The notes under the pieces are model-generated. The model did no database searches, was not told the DNA's origin, and saw only the letters and a program-made list of their open reading frames with translations. A stretch of 64,000 nt of DNA, taken from positions 1 through 64,000 of IMG/VR virus record IMGVR_UViG_3300042305_002284; one strand, given 5' to 3'. Below, one piece after another: positions 23,688-32,991 of this stretch. Position numbers and translations under genes: made by a program. Source of the stretch: a virus. Each line of letters opens with the position of its first letter. Positions within the stretch are counted from its first letter, which is position 1.

Positions 23688-24663
23688 CTTTCTAAATGTA
23701 AGAAACAGCCTACGTAATCTCACAGACACCGACTTTGAAAGCAAGGTAGAACAACTTGCCGAAGAACTTGTTGATGTTGATTATAAAACAAAATATTCAG
23801 AAGACCAACTAAAAAAAGATTGGGCTGCTCTAAAAACATACAATACTGAAAGCAGCAATACTGCTTCCACTGTGCGTGTTGGCATGAAACTATGCGAACA
23901 TTTTTTTCCAAACTTTTATAATATCAAGAACTCCAAAGGTGTAAGTTTTGCAAGTTCATGGAATAAAGAAAACCTGGTAAAGATTCTGAAATGGAATAGA
24001 AAAAGTCACTCAACTCCTTATCTTTCAGAAATAAAAAGAGGAGTATACTTTTGCACTGGTCTTACTAAAAACACCATGTTCAGGCCACACTTGGCAAAAA
24101 CAGTTGTTTCGTATTTTCCAGGAAATACAGTATTAGATCCGTGTGCTGGTTGGGGTGGTCGCATGTTGGGAACTTTTGCGGCAGGAAAAAAATATATTGG
24201 TTTTGAACCAAATCAAGAAACATATGCAGGTCTAAAAAACCTTGCTGATTTCCTTGGAGAAAAACCAATCCTGCACAACACAGGAGCAGAAAAAATCAAC
24301 AAGCATGTGGGTCAACTTGTTGATATTGTTTTGACTTCTCCACCATATTTCAATCTTGAAGTTTATAGTGATGAAAAAACTCAATCAGAAAACATGTATT
24401 CCACATATGAAGAGTGGAAAGACAAGTGGCTGGCCGATGTTATACATCAAGTAACTGATTGTCTGAGCGAGACAGGTGTTTCTTGCTGGAATGTGCACAA
24501 TGTAGGAAAAATGAATATGATTGAAGATGTAAAAAAGTTGCATGAAAAATATAGACTTATCCCAGTAAAAACTTTTTCTCTTACTTCATCAAAACGACAA
24601 GCAAACCAGACTGTATCAAAAAATGAAAAAAATGCTGATGTAACGGTTTGCTATCGCCGCTGA
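23677..24663 (+). CDS. DNA amino-methyltransferase (N4-C or N6-A)
   Basis: motif I VLDPCAGWGGR followed by motif IV TSPPY. Confidence 0.88.
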   Translation: MIYDFLNVRNSLRNLTDTDFESKVEQLAEELVDVDYKTKYSEDQLKKDWAALKTYNTESSNTASTVRVGMKLCEHFFPNFYNIKNSKGVSFASSWNKENLVKILKWNRKSHSTPYLSEIKRGVYFCTGLTKNTMFRPHLAKTVVSYFPGNTVLDPCAGWGGRMLGTFAAGKKYIGFEPNQETYAGLKNLADFLGEKPILHNTGAEKINKHVGQLVDIVLTSPPYFNLEVYSDEKTQSENMYSTYEEWKDKWLADVIHQVTDCLSETGVSCWNVHNVGKMNMIEDVKKLHEKYRLIPVKTFSLTSSKRQANQTVSKNEKNADVTVCYRR

Positions 24664-24678
24664 TCCGCACCGCATGGC

Positions 24679-24707
24679 TTGACACGCCAGCAGATCGGTG
24701 CTATGAT
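24679..24707 (+). promoter_or_regulatory. sigma70 promoter for tRNA cluster
   Basis: TTGACA-17-TATGAT, TGn extension, GATC in the spacer. Confidence 0.75.
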
Positions 24708-24723
24708 GGGTACATGGTTACGA

Positions 24724-24800
24724 ACTCCTGTAACTCAGTTGGTCAGAGTGTCGCTCTTATAAGGCGAAAGTCGTGAGTTCAAATCTCACCGGGAGTACCA
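24724..24800 (+). tRNA. trnI: tRNA-Ile(TAT)
   Basis: ACTCCTG/CGGGAGT acceptor, loop CTTATAA, CCA. Confidence 0.88.
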
Positions 24801-24803
24801 TTT

Positions 24804-24880
24804 TGTCCGGTAGCTCAGTAGGTAGTAGCGCCTGACTGTTAATCAGGAAGTCGTTGGTTCGAACCCAACCCGGACAGCCA
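24804..24880 (+). tRNA. trnN: tRNA-Asn(GTT)
   Basis: TGTCCGG/CCGGACA, loop CTGTTAA, G73, CCA. Confidence 0.93.
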
Positions 24881-24893
24881 AACAGAGAATAAA

Positions 24894-25061
24894 ATGACAG
24901 AAAAAGAAAGCAAAGTTCAAATCATATCAACAGATACTTGGGCTGGAGCAGCAAAAGAATTTGCTAGACAGTTTGGAAGCGTAGCAACACTATTGATACT
25001 TGTTCTTACTGTGGGTCAATGCACTGACTGTATAGACATTTATCGGATTTTAGGAAAATGA
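24894..25061 (+). CDS. 55-aa membrane peptide between tRNAs
   Basis: MTEKESKVQII...VATLLILVLTVGQC. Confidence 0.5.
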   Translation: MTEKESKVQIISTDTWAGAAKEFARQFGSVATLLILVLTVGQCTDCIDIYRILGK

Positions 25062-25069
25062 AAGAAAAC

Positions 25070-25146
25070 GCCCTGTTAGCTCAGTGGATCAGAGCAAACC
25101 GTTTCTACCGGTCAGGTCGGGGGTTCGAATCCCTCACAGGGTGCCA
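25070..25146 (+). tRNA. trnR: tRNA-Arg(TCT)
   Basis: GCCCTGT/ACAGGGT, loop TTTCTAC, CCA. Confidence 0.9.
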
Positions 25147-25151
25147 AATAT

Positions 25152-25358
25152 ATGAATGAAAATAAAAAAGAAAGCAAAATACTGAAAGCCGTTTTGAATG
25201 CACATCGTGTTCTATCAAAAGCAAATAGAACAACGATAAAAGATATATCAAGACTCTGCGAATGTTGTATGAATGAATGGACATGGTTTTCAATAAAAGA
25301 AGAAAAACTGTGTGATGAGTGCTATAGGGAAAAATATGTCAAGACCGAAATGGGATGA
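25152..25358 (+). CDS. small Cys-rich hypothetical protein
   Basis: CECC...CDEC. Confidence 0.55.
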   Translation: MNENKKESKILKAVLNAHRVLSKANRTTIKDISRLCECCMNEWTWFSIKEEKLCDECYREKYVKTEMG

Positions 25359-25758
25359 AATATGGATCAGTTTAGCACTTCATGTATCGCAACGCTCACC
25401 TGATACAAGACTAAAAGTAGGTTGCGTTGTTGTTACAGAAGATAACTCATCAGTATTGAGTCTTGGATATAATGGAGATCAACATGGTGGAGCTAATAAG
25501 CCTGATAGCATGGAGCCGGGTAAAAGTGGATTCATCCACGCAGAAGCAAACGCTCTCATCAAAATGAACTTTGCAGATCACAGACAGAAAAAGATATATT
25601 TAACCCATTCACCTTGTTCTGTTTGTGCTCGTATGATAGTAAATGCTGGAATCAAAAAAGTTATATATTGCGACGAATATAGAGATACAAAAGGCGTAGA
25701 TATACTAAAAGATTCCGGTATAGTGGTAGAAAAATATGAAATGTATATGGCCAATTAG
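25336..25758 (+). CDS. dCMP deaminase
   Basis: R..WD, KVGCVV, GYNG, HAEANA, SPCSVC. Confidence 0.92.
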   Translation: MSRPKWDEIWISLALHVSQRSPDTRLKVGCVVVTEDNSSVLSLGYNGDQHGGANKPDSMEPGKSGFIHAEANALIKMNFADHRQKKIYLTHSPCSVCARMIVNAGIKKVIYCDEYRDTKGVDILKDSGIVVEKYEMYMAN

Positions 25759-25788
25759 GCCACTTGATAAACAAAAAGGAGTTATATT

Positions 25789-26103
25789 ATGTCAGATAAG
25801 CGTGAAATTGAACTAAATCTTGATCTTGAACTTCGTGCACGCGAAGATAATGAAGTTCTAAAACTCACTAAAACAGTTGAAGCAAACTTCGTTCCACAAC
25901 ACGGTATGGTTGTTATGGTAGACGAGATTCCATTCCGTGTAAAAACAGTTGCTCTCGCTAACTTGAGTGGTCTAAAACATGTTGCCTTTCCGGTCACTAC
26001 AAAAGGCATCAAGTTTATTTCTCGTACTGACACAGAAAAGGGACGAGACTGGTTTTCTACCAGAACTGAACACTTCAAGCGTCTTGGGTGGAAACTTATT
26101 TGA
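25789..26103 (+). CDS. hypothetical protein
   Basis: 104 aa, AGGAG RBS, terminator downstream. Confidence 0.75.
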   Translation: MSDKREIELNLDLELRAREDNEVLKLTKTVEANFVPQHGMVVMVDEIPFRVKTVALANLSGLKHVAFPVTTKGIKFISRTDTEKGRDWFSTRTEHFKRLGWKLI

Positions 26104-26116
26104 TAAATATTTGAAA

Positions 26117-26147
26117 AGAACTGCCCGATAAAACGGGCAGTTCTTCT
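26117..26147 (+). terminator. intrinsic terminator-like hairpin
   Basis: AGAACTGCCCG/CGGGCAGTTCT. Confidence 0.65.
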
Positions 26148-26159
26148 AAATGGTGTAAA

Positions 26160-26642
26160 ATGAAAATAAAAACCCTGCATGATGGAAAAGAAGTATGCCT
26201 AAAAGAAGTTCTGCGGGACAAACACGGTGTAAAATATCGTGTTGGATGCGACAGTCTAAATGTGAAAGAACACACCGTATTTATCACAACTCTTGTCGGT
26301 ATCAATCCAGAACACCGTGGTGCTTTTATACTTTATTCAAAAGAAAAAATAAATAAGATACAAGAACCACGCCTTCGTTTGTGGCAAGAAGTTGAAAAAG
26401 CAATAAACTTTGCCACACACCTACGCGAACAGATTGGTGTTGAGATAGAGTGTATTGACTTTGATCTAAACACAGACACTACATATGAGTCCAGTCGACT
26501 GGTTGCAAGCGCTCTTGGCTATGCCGAAGCAATGGGATTCAAAGCGTTTTGTAAGCCAAATGCTTTATATGCGATTTATGCTGCAGATTTTATAACACAC
26601 AAAAGCAACGATGCCTATAAAAGAAAAGGATTAGCAACATGA
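26160..26642 (+). CDS. RNase H-like YkuK family protein
   Basis: VGCDS, RLWQEV, D.N, KP.A..A.YAAD. Confidence 0.75.
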   Translation: MKIKTLHDGKEVCLKEVLRDKHGVKYRVGCDSLNVKEHTVFITTLVGINPEHRGAFILYSKEKINKIQEPRLRLWQEVEKAINFATHLREQIGVEIECIDFDLNTDTTYESSRLVASALGYAEAMGFKAFCKPNALYAIYAADFITHKSNDAYKRKGLAT

Positions 26643-27001
26643 AAAAAGTAAAAGATTTCTTTGTAAAAAATATGAAAAACATTATTGCGCTTATTAGTGG
26701 AGTTATCGTAGGCGCTTGTTTTATTGTTCTCGTGCTAACAATCCAACAGCGAGTGTCGCAGCAGCTATCTCAAAAAAACTCCAAAATAGCCTGTCATCAA
26801 GCATACAGGATGATGTGTGTTCAGGTCCATGCTTGCACCAGTTCGTCTGTTGCTGCTTGTGATAATTTTGTAGAGCAAACAAAACCATGCGAAGTAGAAG
26901 AACTGCCAAGTGAACAAGTTATTGAGCGATGCACAGAGCAACTTCGCCATGTAGAGTGTAGCGATGACCTTCCACCAACTTGTGGAACATTTATGGAGTG
27001 A
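26639..27001 (+). CDS. membrane-anchored Cys-rich protein
   Basis: N-terminal TM helix followed by a multi-Cys domain. Confidence 0.65.
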   Translation: MKKVKDFFVKNMKNIIALISGVIVGACFIVLVLTIQQRVSQQLSQKNSKIACHQAYRMMCVQVHACTSSSVAACDNFVEQTKPCEVEELPSEQVIERCTEQLRHVECSDDLPPTCGTFME

Positions 27002-27004
27002 CAA

Positions 27005-27520
27005 ATGAGAACAGAAACTCGCCGCGAAAGATACAACAACAAACAAAAACTCTCTGTTAGATTTCCAGTAGAGGTTGCTTGTATAAATTTTAGACACGAA
27101 CCAAATATTGGTTATGTGCTGAGAGCAGCAGCATGTTTTGGAGCAAGCAAAGTAAATTTGATAGGTTCAGCGCCAGAACCAAAGTATCTGCGTGAGATCT
27201 CCGGAACAACAAGTGATTTTATTGATATTTCAACTTTTTCTACTCCACATGATTTTTTGGAATATGCAAGAAAAAACGATATTCATATAGTCTCAGCAGA
27301 GATCACACAAGAGGCTAAAAATATTTATGATTACACTTTTCCAAAAAATAAAAAAGTTTGTATTGTTGTTGGTAACGAACAAACAGGAATCACAGCGGAC
27401 ATTCTCAAACACAGTGAAGTTGTGGAGATTCCAATGCCGGGAGTAGGCTACTGTCTAAACACTGCGGTTACTGCTCACATACTTCTATACGAATATACCA
27501 AACAAATGTCAGTATCTTGA
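27005..27520 (+). CDS. SpoU/TrmH-family RNA 2'-O-methyltransferase (minimal, TrmL-like)
   Basis: NIG..LR.A..FG, VGNE..G, IPM.G...LN.A. Confidence 0.9.
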   Translation: MRTETRRERYNNKQKLSVRFPVEVACINFRHEPNIGYVLRAAACFGASKVNLIGSAPEPKYLREISGTTSDFIDISTFSTPHDFLEYARKNDIHIVSAEITQEAKNIYDYTFPKNKKVCIVVGNEQTGITADILKHSEVVEIPMPGVGYCLNTAVTAHILLYEYTKQMSVS

Positions 27521-27545
27521 CAAAAAACAAGATCAGTGTTATGCT
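27517..27545 (+). promoter_or_regulatory. sigma70 promoter for tRNA-Leu
   Basis: TTGACA-17-TATGCT, TGn extension, GATC in the spacer. Confidence 0.7.
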
Positions 27546-27555
27546 GATCTCACAA

Positions 27556-27634
27556 GGGCACGTAGTCCAATTGGTCAGGAGACAGTTGACTTAAAATCAA
27601 TACAGTGTGGGTTCAAATCCCACCGTGCCTACCA
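27556..27634 (+). tRNA. trnL: tRNA-Leu(TAA) with short variable arm
   Basis: GGGCACG/CGTGCCT, loop CTTAAAA, A73, CCA. Confidence 0.88.
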
Positions 27635-27639
27635 CTTAT

Positions 27640-27843
27640 ATGTTACAACTCAATCCAATGATTCCTGTATATTCCCTCCGTCACAAGATGGAGGGATATG
27701 CTTTTTTAGTTATTGATTATTCGCAAGAACACGATTTACTATTTACTGTTGCTCTTGATAACGGTGAAATCTGGACCTTGTCAAATAAAGAAATAAGATT
27801 TTGTAAAAATATCTCTCTTGACAGAGAGACGGTTGCAAAATAG
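27640..27843 (+). CDS. conserved hypothetical protein
   Basis: MLQLNP.IPV...IDYSQEHDL...GEIW. Confidence 0.7.
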   Translation: MLQLNPMIPVYSLRHKMEGYAFLVIDYSQEHDLLFTVALDNGEIWTLSNKEIRFCKNISLDRETVAK

Positions 27844-28590
27844 TCACTTTATAGTATTTTTGATTATATCAATAAGTTTTGTATTTCTATTCTCTAATAC
27901 AACTTTTAGTTCTTCTTGGAAAGCAACTGTAAAAGTATAATCAACAAATGTTTTTGTTCTGGCATGACTAACACACATCATAATGTGTTGAAAGCCAACT
28001 ACACCACGGGATACTATTCCTATTATTTGCCACTTACTGTCAAATATAGGAGAACCGGAACTTCCTCCCATGCCAGTTATGCTATGAATATCAAGAGCAT
28101 GTTTTTCTTCTTTTAGAGTGATTTGTCCTTGATAGTGTCCTTCAAATGATAGCGACATATTTGGCGCGTGTATTCCCATTGGTGCCGCTATATTATAAAC
28201 TTTATCGCCTATTTCTGGTTGCGAATCGCTAACCTCTATAGCTGGCCAAGCAATAAAGTCTGTAACCAATATACACAAATCATCTTCATTTGAACGAATA
28301 AAGGTTATGATTTCATATTCTTTTTCATAATGATCTAAAACTCTCATAGCAACTGTGTTATCTTTGCAAATATGACCAGCAGTAAGAACAAGAGTTTTTT
28401 CATCAATATGATTGACGATTACACCAGACCCGGTGCTGATGTAGTCTTCTGTAAGGATTTCTATCTTTACAAAAGAAGTTCTTGGAGCATTTTTCATGGC
28501 GATGTTTTCACCAACAGTAACGCAACCACAACTGGCACAGAAAACCAGAAGTGTTATAATACCAATAAGTTGTTTGAAAAACTGCGTCAT
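27844..28590 (-). CDS. trypsin-like serine protease with signal peptide
   Basis: GSGV, LTAGH, DDL, GGSSGSP. Confidence 0.88.
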   Translation of the reverse strand: MTQFFKQLIGIITLLVFCASCGCVTVGENIAMKNAPRTSFVKIEILTEDYISTGSGVIVNHIDEKTLVLTAGHICKDNTVAMRVLDHYEKEYEIITFIRSNEDDLCILVTDFIAWPAIEVSDSQPEIGDKVYNIAAPMGIHAPNMSLSFEGHYQGQITLKEEKHALDIHSITGMGGSSGSPIFDSKWQIIGIVSRGVVGFQHIMMCVSHARTKTFVDYTFTVAFQEELKVVLENRNTKLIDIIKNTIK

Positions 28591-28650
28591 ATAAGTAACT
28601 ATATTGCCACAGCCTAAAAGACAAAAACAATATAAAAAGTTAGGAATAAA

Positions 28651-29967
28651 ATGAAAAAAATATTCGTGTTAGATACAAGTGTATGCCTTGCGAGCGCCAA
28701 TGCTGTATATAGTTTTGGCAAAGACGATGTCTGTATACCTCTAAAAGTTCTTGAAGAGGTTGATAAGCATAAAAATCGTCAAGATGGAGTTGGACAAAAT
28801 GCTCGCATGTTTATCAAAATACTTGATGAACTACGCGATAAGGGCTCTCTACAAGAAGGCGTAAGACTTCAAAAGGGAAAAGGTTTTCTCCGTTCAATTG
28901 CGTTCACTCAAACTGACTTTCCAACTGATTTGGACCTATCTGTCCCAGATCATGTTATTATTGCCACTGCTTTTGGAGCGGCAAAGGCTCACCAAGATAA
29001 AAAAGTGGTTGTTGTATCTCGCGACATAAATATGCGTGTTATCTGCGATTCCATAGGTCTTGGTTCGCAAGACTATGATGCCAATCAAGTTATAACAGAT
29101 AGTTCTGAACTTTATTCTGGTATCTGTGAAATGGTTGTTGATGATGAGTTTATTGAAAGACTATACAAAGGAGAAGAACTTTTTCTTGATGATGAGAAAA
29201 CAGATAAACTATTTCCAAATCAGTTTATAACTCTTGTATCAAACAAGAATGTGAATAAAACAGCACTCGCAAGGTTTTTGACGAAAGAACAACCTTTACG
29301 TCGTCTTGCTGAGTTCAAGGGTCGTCACAAAGTTTTTGGAGTTGAATCAAGAAACCGTGAACAAAGTTTTGCTATGGATCTACTAATGGACCCAAGCGTT
29401 CCTATTGTTAGTTTGGTGGGAAAAGCAGGTTCAGGTAAAACACTGTCAGCAGTAGCGGCTGGCTTGGCCCAGTTGCTTGAAAAAGGTTCTTATACTCGCC
29501 TTATAGTGTCTCGTCCTGTTCAGCCTCTAGGAAGAGATATTGGATTCCTTCCAGGAACATTAGAAGAGAAAATGATGCCTTGGCTAACTCCAATACAAGA
29601 TAACTTACAGTTTCTTCTTGGAAATGATAAAGCGACTTTGGAAGAATATATGAGAAGCGGAAAAATAGAAATAGAAGCACTAACTTATATTCGTGGTCGT
29701 AGCATAGCCAAAGCATTTATGATAATAGACGAAGCACAAAACCTTTCTGCCCACGAACTAAAAACAATTGTTACGCGAGTTGGAGAAGGAACAAAAATAG
29801 TTTTGACAGGAGACATAGAACAGATAGATAATGTTTATGTAAATGACACAAGTAACGGTCTTGCTTATGCAGTAGAAAAATTCAAACATTATTCTCTTGC
29901 TGGTCATGTGACTTTGAGTAAGGGCGAAAGATCGGCTGTCGCAAGCCTAGCAGCCAAAGTTCTTTGA
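28651..29967 (+). CDS. phoH: PIN domain-PhoH ATPase
   Basis: VLDTS PIN N-terminus; GKAGSGKT, GFLPG, RGRS, DEAQN, TGD..Q.D. Confidence 0.95.
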   Translation: MKKIFVLDTSVCLASANAVYSFGKDDVCIPLKVLEEVDKHKNRQDGVGQNARMFIKILDELRDKGSLQEGVRLQKGKGFLRSIAFTQTDFPTDLDLSVPDHVIIATAFGAAKAHQDKKVVVVSRDINMRVICDSIGLGSQDYDANQVITDSSELYSGICEMVVDDEFIERLYKGEELFLDDEKTDKLFPNQFITLVSNKNVNKTALARFLTKEQPLRRLAEFKGRHKVFGVESRNREQSFAMDLLMDPSVPIVSLVGKAGSGKTLSAVAAGLAQLLEKGSYTRLIVSRPVQPLGRDIGFLPGTLEEKMMPWLTPIQDNLQFLLGNDKATLEEYMRSGKIEIEALTYIRGRSIAKAFMIIDEAQNLSAHELKTIVTRVGEGTKIVLTGDIEQIDNVYVNDTSNGLAYAVEKFKHYSLAGHVTLSKGERSAVASLAAKVL

Positions 29968-29977
29968 GGAGATAAAA

Positions 29978-30226
29978 ATGGAAGATAGAGAAATAGAAGA
30001 AAAAGTAGTGGAAAAAGATAATCCACTAAAAGAAATGTTTGTTCAGTATGTTGGAGAAAAACTAAAACCAGAAAATGGCGAAGTAAATGTTGAAATGTGT
30101 GTGCAAGTATTAGCAGATGAGTTCCCAGACTTTTTATTACTTGTAGCGCAAGAAAACTTTTTTAGAGGATATCGTCAGTGTCTAGTCGACATGGAGAATG
30201 CGCCAAGTGAACAAAAAACAGAATAG
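29978..30226 (+). CDS. hypothetical protein
   Basis: 82 aa, GAGGAG RBS. Confidence 0.75.
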   Translation: MEDREIEEKVVEKDNPLKEMFVQYVGEKLKPENGEVNVEMCVQVLADEFPDFLLLVAQENFFRGYRQCLVDMENAPSEQKTE

Positions 30227-30893
30227 GTTTTTTAGATCTGGAAATCAGATCAAGTTGTTAGAGCAAACAATATTTGGCAGTGTCAATGTTATCCAACAGG
30301 AAACACTGCCAGATAATGTAAACATAAATAATATACTCAAAAAACTTGAAATAGTTATCCCAGAACACTTTATACAAAACCTTGATGGCATTTATATAGG
30401 AACATATAGTTTTTTATTAGACAGAGAACTGAATGCACAATATAAAGATGGCGTTATCTATGTTCTTGCAGATCAAGATAATGAAATGGATATATACGAT
30501 GATATTGTGCATGAAATAGCTCATTGCGTAGAGGAAACATATGGTGCAGATATATATGAGGACGGAGACTTGGAACAGGAGTTTTTACGCAAAAGGCGTC
30601 GTTTATTTGACATTCTGCGCTCCTACGGCTATACTGGTGGAATGCCCGAGGCCAAGTTTATGAATCCGGATTTTGATCCCAAATTTGATCAGTATCTGTA
30701 TTCAACTGTTGGCTATCCTGTATTAGCACAACTTGTACCGGATTTGTTTGTATCTCCATATGGTGCCACATCTTTGAGAGAATATTTTGCAAATGCTTTT
30801 GAACACTATTTTGCCCATAGAGGATACAAAAGAGTTCAAAATGTTTCACCATCTGTTTATGAAAAGATAGAAATGCTATTGGGCGATAACTGA
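30198..30893 (+). CDS. HExxH zinc-metallopeptidase-like protein
   Basis: VHEIAH...YG....REYFA. Confidence 0.7.
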   Translation: MRQVNKKQNRFFRSGNQIKLLEQTIFGSVNVIQQETLPDNVNINNILKKLEIVIPEHFIQNLDGIYIGTYSFLLDRELNAQYKDGVIYVLADQDNEMDIYDDIVHEIAHCVEETYGADIYEDGDLEQEFLRKRRRLFDILRSYGYTGGMPEAKFMNPDFDPKFDQYLYSTVGYPVLAQLVPDLFVSPYGATSLREYFANAFEHYFAHRGYKRVQNVSPSVYEKIEMLLGDN

Positions 30894-30906
30894 AAGAGGT
30901 ATCGTT

Positions 30907-31716
30907 TTGACAAGTGTAAATAAAAAACCAGATTATGTAAGTTTTTCTTCAATCAAAGATTGGAAGTTTTGTCCTTTTTACTACAAACTTACTCGCGTAG
31001 AAGGTATTGTTGCCGGCAGAGAATCGATACACACTGCTTTTGGCAAAGCACTTCATTCAACTTTGGAAAAAGTTTTCGCACAAGAAAAAGAAGATTCTTT
31101 TGATTATTCAAAAGACTTTTCAAACAACTTTCAAAAAGAAATATCCGCATTGGCAGAAGAGATAAGAAAAACAATATCAGAAAAAGATATAAACGATTTT
31201 GATGCACAAGGTAAAGAACTTGCATATCTTGCGCTTCCTGCTGCAAAAGAATATTTTGGTGATTTTGATTTCGTTTCAGCAGAAGAAAATCTGATGGAAG
31301 ATATTGAAGAATATAAAATAGATGACTTCAAGTTCAAAGGATATATTGATCTTGTTATTAGAACAAAAGCAGACAAAAAATATCACATTATTGATTGGAA
31401 AACTTGTAGTTGGGGATGGGAACCTCAAAAAAAGAGCGATGCCATGACAACTTATCAACTTACCTACTACAAGCATTTCTTCGCAAAGAAAATGAATACA
31501 AGCCCAGAAAACATAGAAACACATTTTGGTCTTCTAAAAAGAACAGCCAAAAAAGATAAAGTAGAACTATTTCGTGTTAGTAGTGGAGAAAAAAAAGTAA
31601 ATAATGCTCTTAAACTTTTACAAGAATGTGTACATAATGTTGACCATGAAAGGTTTGTGAAAAACAGACTGTCTTGTTCAAAGTGTGCTTTTCATAAAAC
31701 CTCACACTGTCCTTGA
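30907..31716 (+). CDS. RecB/Cas4-like PD-(D/E)xK exonuclease
   Basis: CP...G..LH, KGYIDL, IIDWKT, QL..Y, C..C.....C. Confidence 0.88.
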   Translation: MTSVNKKPDYVSFSSIKDWKFCPFYYKLTRVEGIVAGRESIHTAFGKALHSTLEKVFAQEKEDSFDYSKDFSNNFQKEISALAEEIRKTISEKDINDFDAQGKELAYLALPAAKEYFGDFDFVSAEENLMEDIEEYKIDDFKFKGYIDLVIRTKADKKYHIIDWKTCSWGWEPQKKSDAMTTYQLTYYKHFFAKKMNTSPENIETHFGLLKRTAKKDKVELFRVSSGEKKVNNALKLLQECVHNVDHERFVKNRLSCSKCAFHKTSHCP

Positions 31717-31725
31717 GGAAGTTTA

Positions 31726-32991
31726 ATGAGTAAAAAAATAAAAATATTAACTATAAGTGACCATATTTTGAGTCCCTCTGGTGTCGCTAATCAAACTCGC
31801 TATATTGTAGATTCAATGCTGAAAACTGGCAAATACCAGTTTATTTGTATTGGTGGAGCAGTAAAACACCAAGATTATAGACCACAAAAAACCCAAGAGT
31901 GGGGCGACGATCTAATAATATTACCTGTTGATGGCTATGGAACGCAAGATATTATAAGACAAGTTCTAAAACAACAAAAACCAGACATTCTTTGGTTTAT
32001 GACTGATCCAAGATTTTATACTTGGCTATGGGAAATAGAAGATGAAATAAGATGCAATGTTCCAATGGTTTATTATCATGTATGGGACAACTATCCTTAT
32101 CCAACATTCAATAATGCTTACTATCAATCAAATGATGTTATAGCAACAATATCAAAAGTAACAGACGACATTGTCAGAACAGTAAGTCCGGAAGTAGAAA
32201 CTCACTATATTCCTCACTGTGTAGATATGAATATATTTTGTAAAGTTCCAGAACAAAGTGTGATTGATTTTACAAAAAGAGTTTTTCCAAAAGATCTAAA
32301 TAAAAAATTTACAGTATTCTGGAATAGCCGAAATGCTCGTAGAAAAAACCCTGGCTCAATTGTATGGTGGTTTGCAGATTTTCTAAAACATGTTCCTGCT
32401 GGTTCTGCTCGTCTGCTAATGCATACAGATCCAAAAGATGTTCATGGGCCAGATCTTGAAGCGATAATAAACGAACTTGGTTTGACTAATGGTGAAGTCA
32501 TGTTTTCGCCAGCAAGAATAGGACCGCAAGATATTGCTATGATGTATAACCTTGCCGATGTAACTGTTAGTTTGAGCGATGCAGAGGGTTTTGGTCTTTC
32601 AACAATGGAAAGTCTTGCTTGCGAAACTCCAATCATTGTTCCAAGAACTGGCGGTCTACAAGAACAAGTAAAAGACAGTGATGGAAACCATTTTGGTATT
32701 GAGCTTCCAATAACGTCACAAATGATCGTTGGCTCTCAAGAAGTTCCATTTATTTATGAAGATCGTGTAAACAAAGAAGACTTTGTAAATGCTCTGCTAA
32801 AAATGTACAATATGAGCGATACAGAAAGAAAAGCACTTGGTGCAGCAGGAAGAGAACATCTAAATAAAAATTATGATATGGCAACACTTATGAACAAATG
32901 GGATGAACTCTTTACAAAAATACACAATGAGCGCGGTTCGTGGGAAAATAGAAAAGGTTACAGTCGTTGGACTCTAAAGGAGATAGCATGA
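31726..32991 (+). CDS. glycosyltransferase GT4
   Basis: RN..RK, AEGFGL...ESLACETP. Confidence 0.9.
   Translation: MSKKIKILTISDHILSPSGVANQTRYIVDSMLKTGKYQFICIGGAVKHQDYRPQKTQEWGDDLIILPVDGYGTQDIIRQVLKQQKPDILWFMTDPRFYTWLWEIEDEIRCNVPMVYYHVWDNYPYPTFNNAYYQSNDVIATISKVTDDIVRTVSPEVETHYIPHCVDMNIFCKVPEQSVIDFTKRVFPKDLNKKFTVFWNSRNARRKNPGSIVWWFADFLKHVPAGSARLLMHTDPKDVHGPDLEAIINELGLTNGEVMFSPARIGPQDIAMMYNLADVTVSLSDAEGFGLSTMESLACETPIIVPRTGGLQEQVKDSDGNHFGIELPITSQMIVGSQEVPFIYEDRVNKEDFVNALLKMYNMSDTERKALGAAGREHLNKNYDMATLMNKWDELFTKIHNERGSWENRKGYSRWTLKEIA

Noticed and set aside
30907-31716. cas4 as part of a CRISPR system
   Set aside because: Solo RecB/Cas4-like nucleases are common in phages; no array or other cas genes
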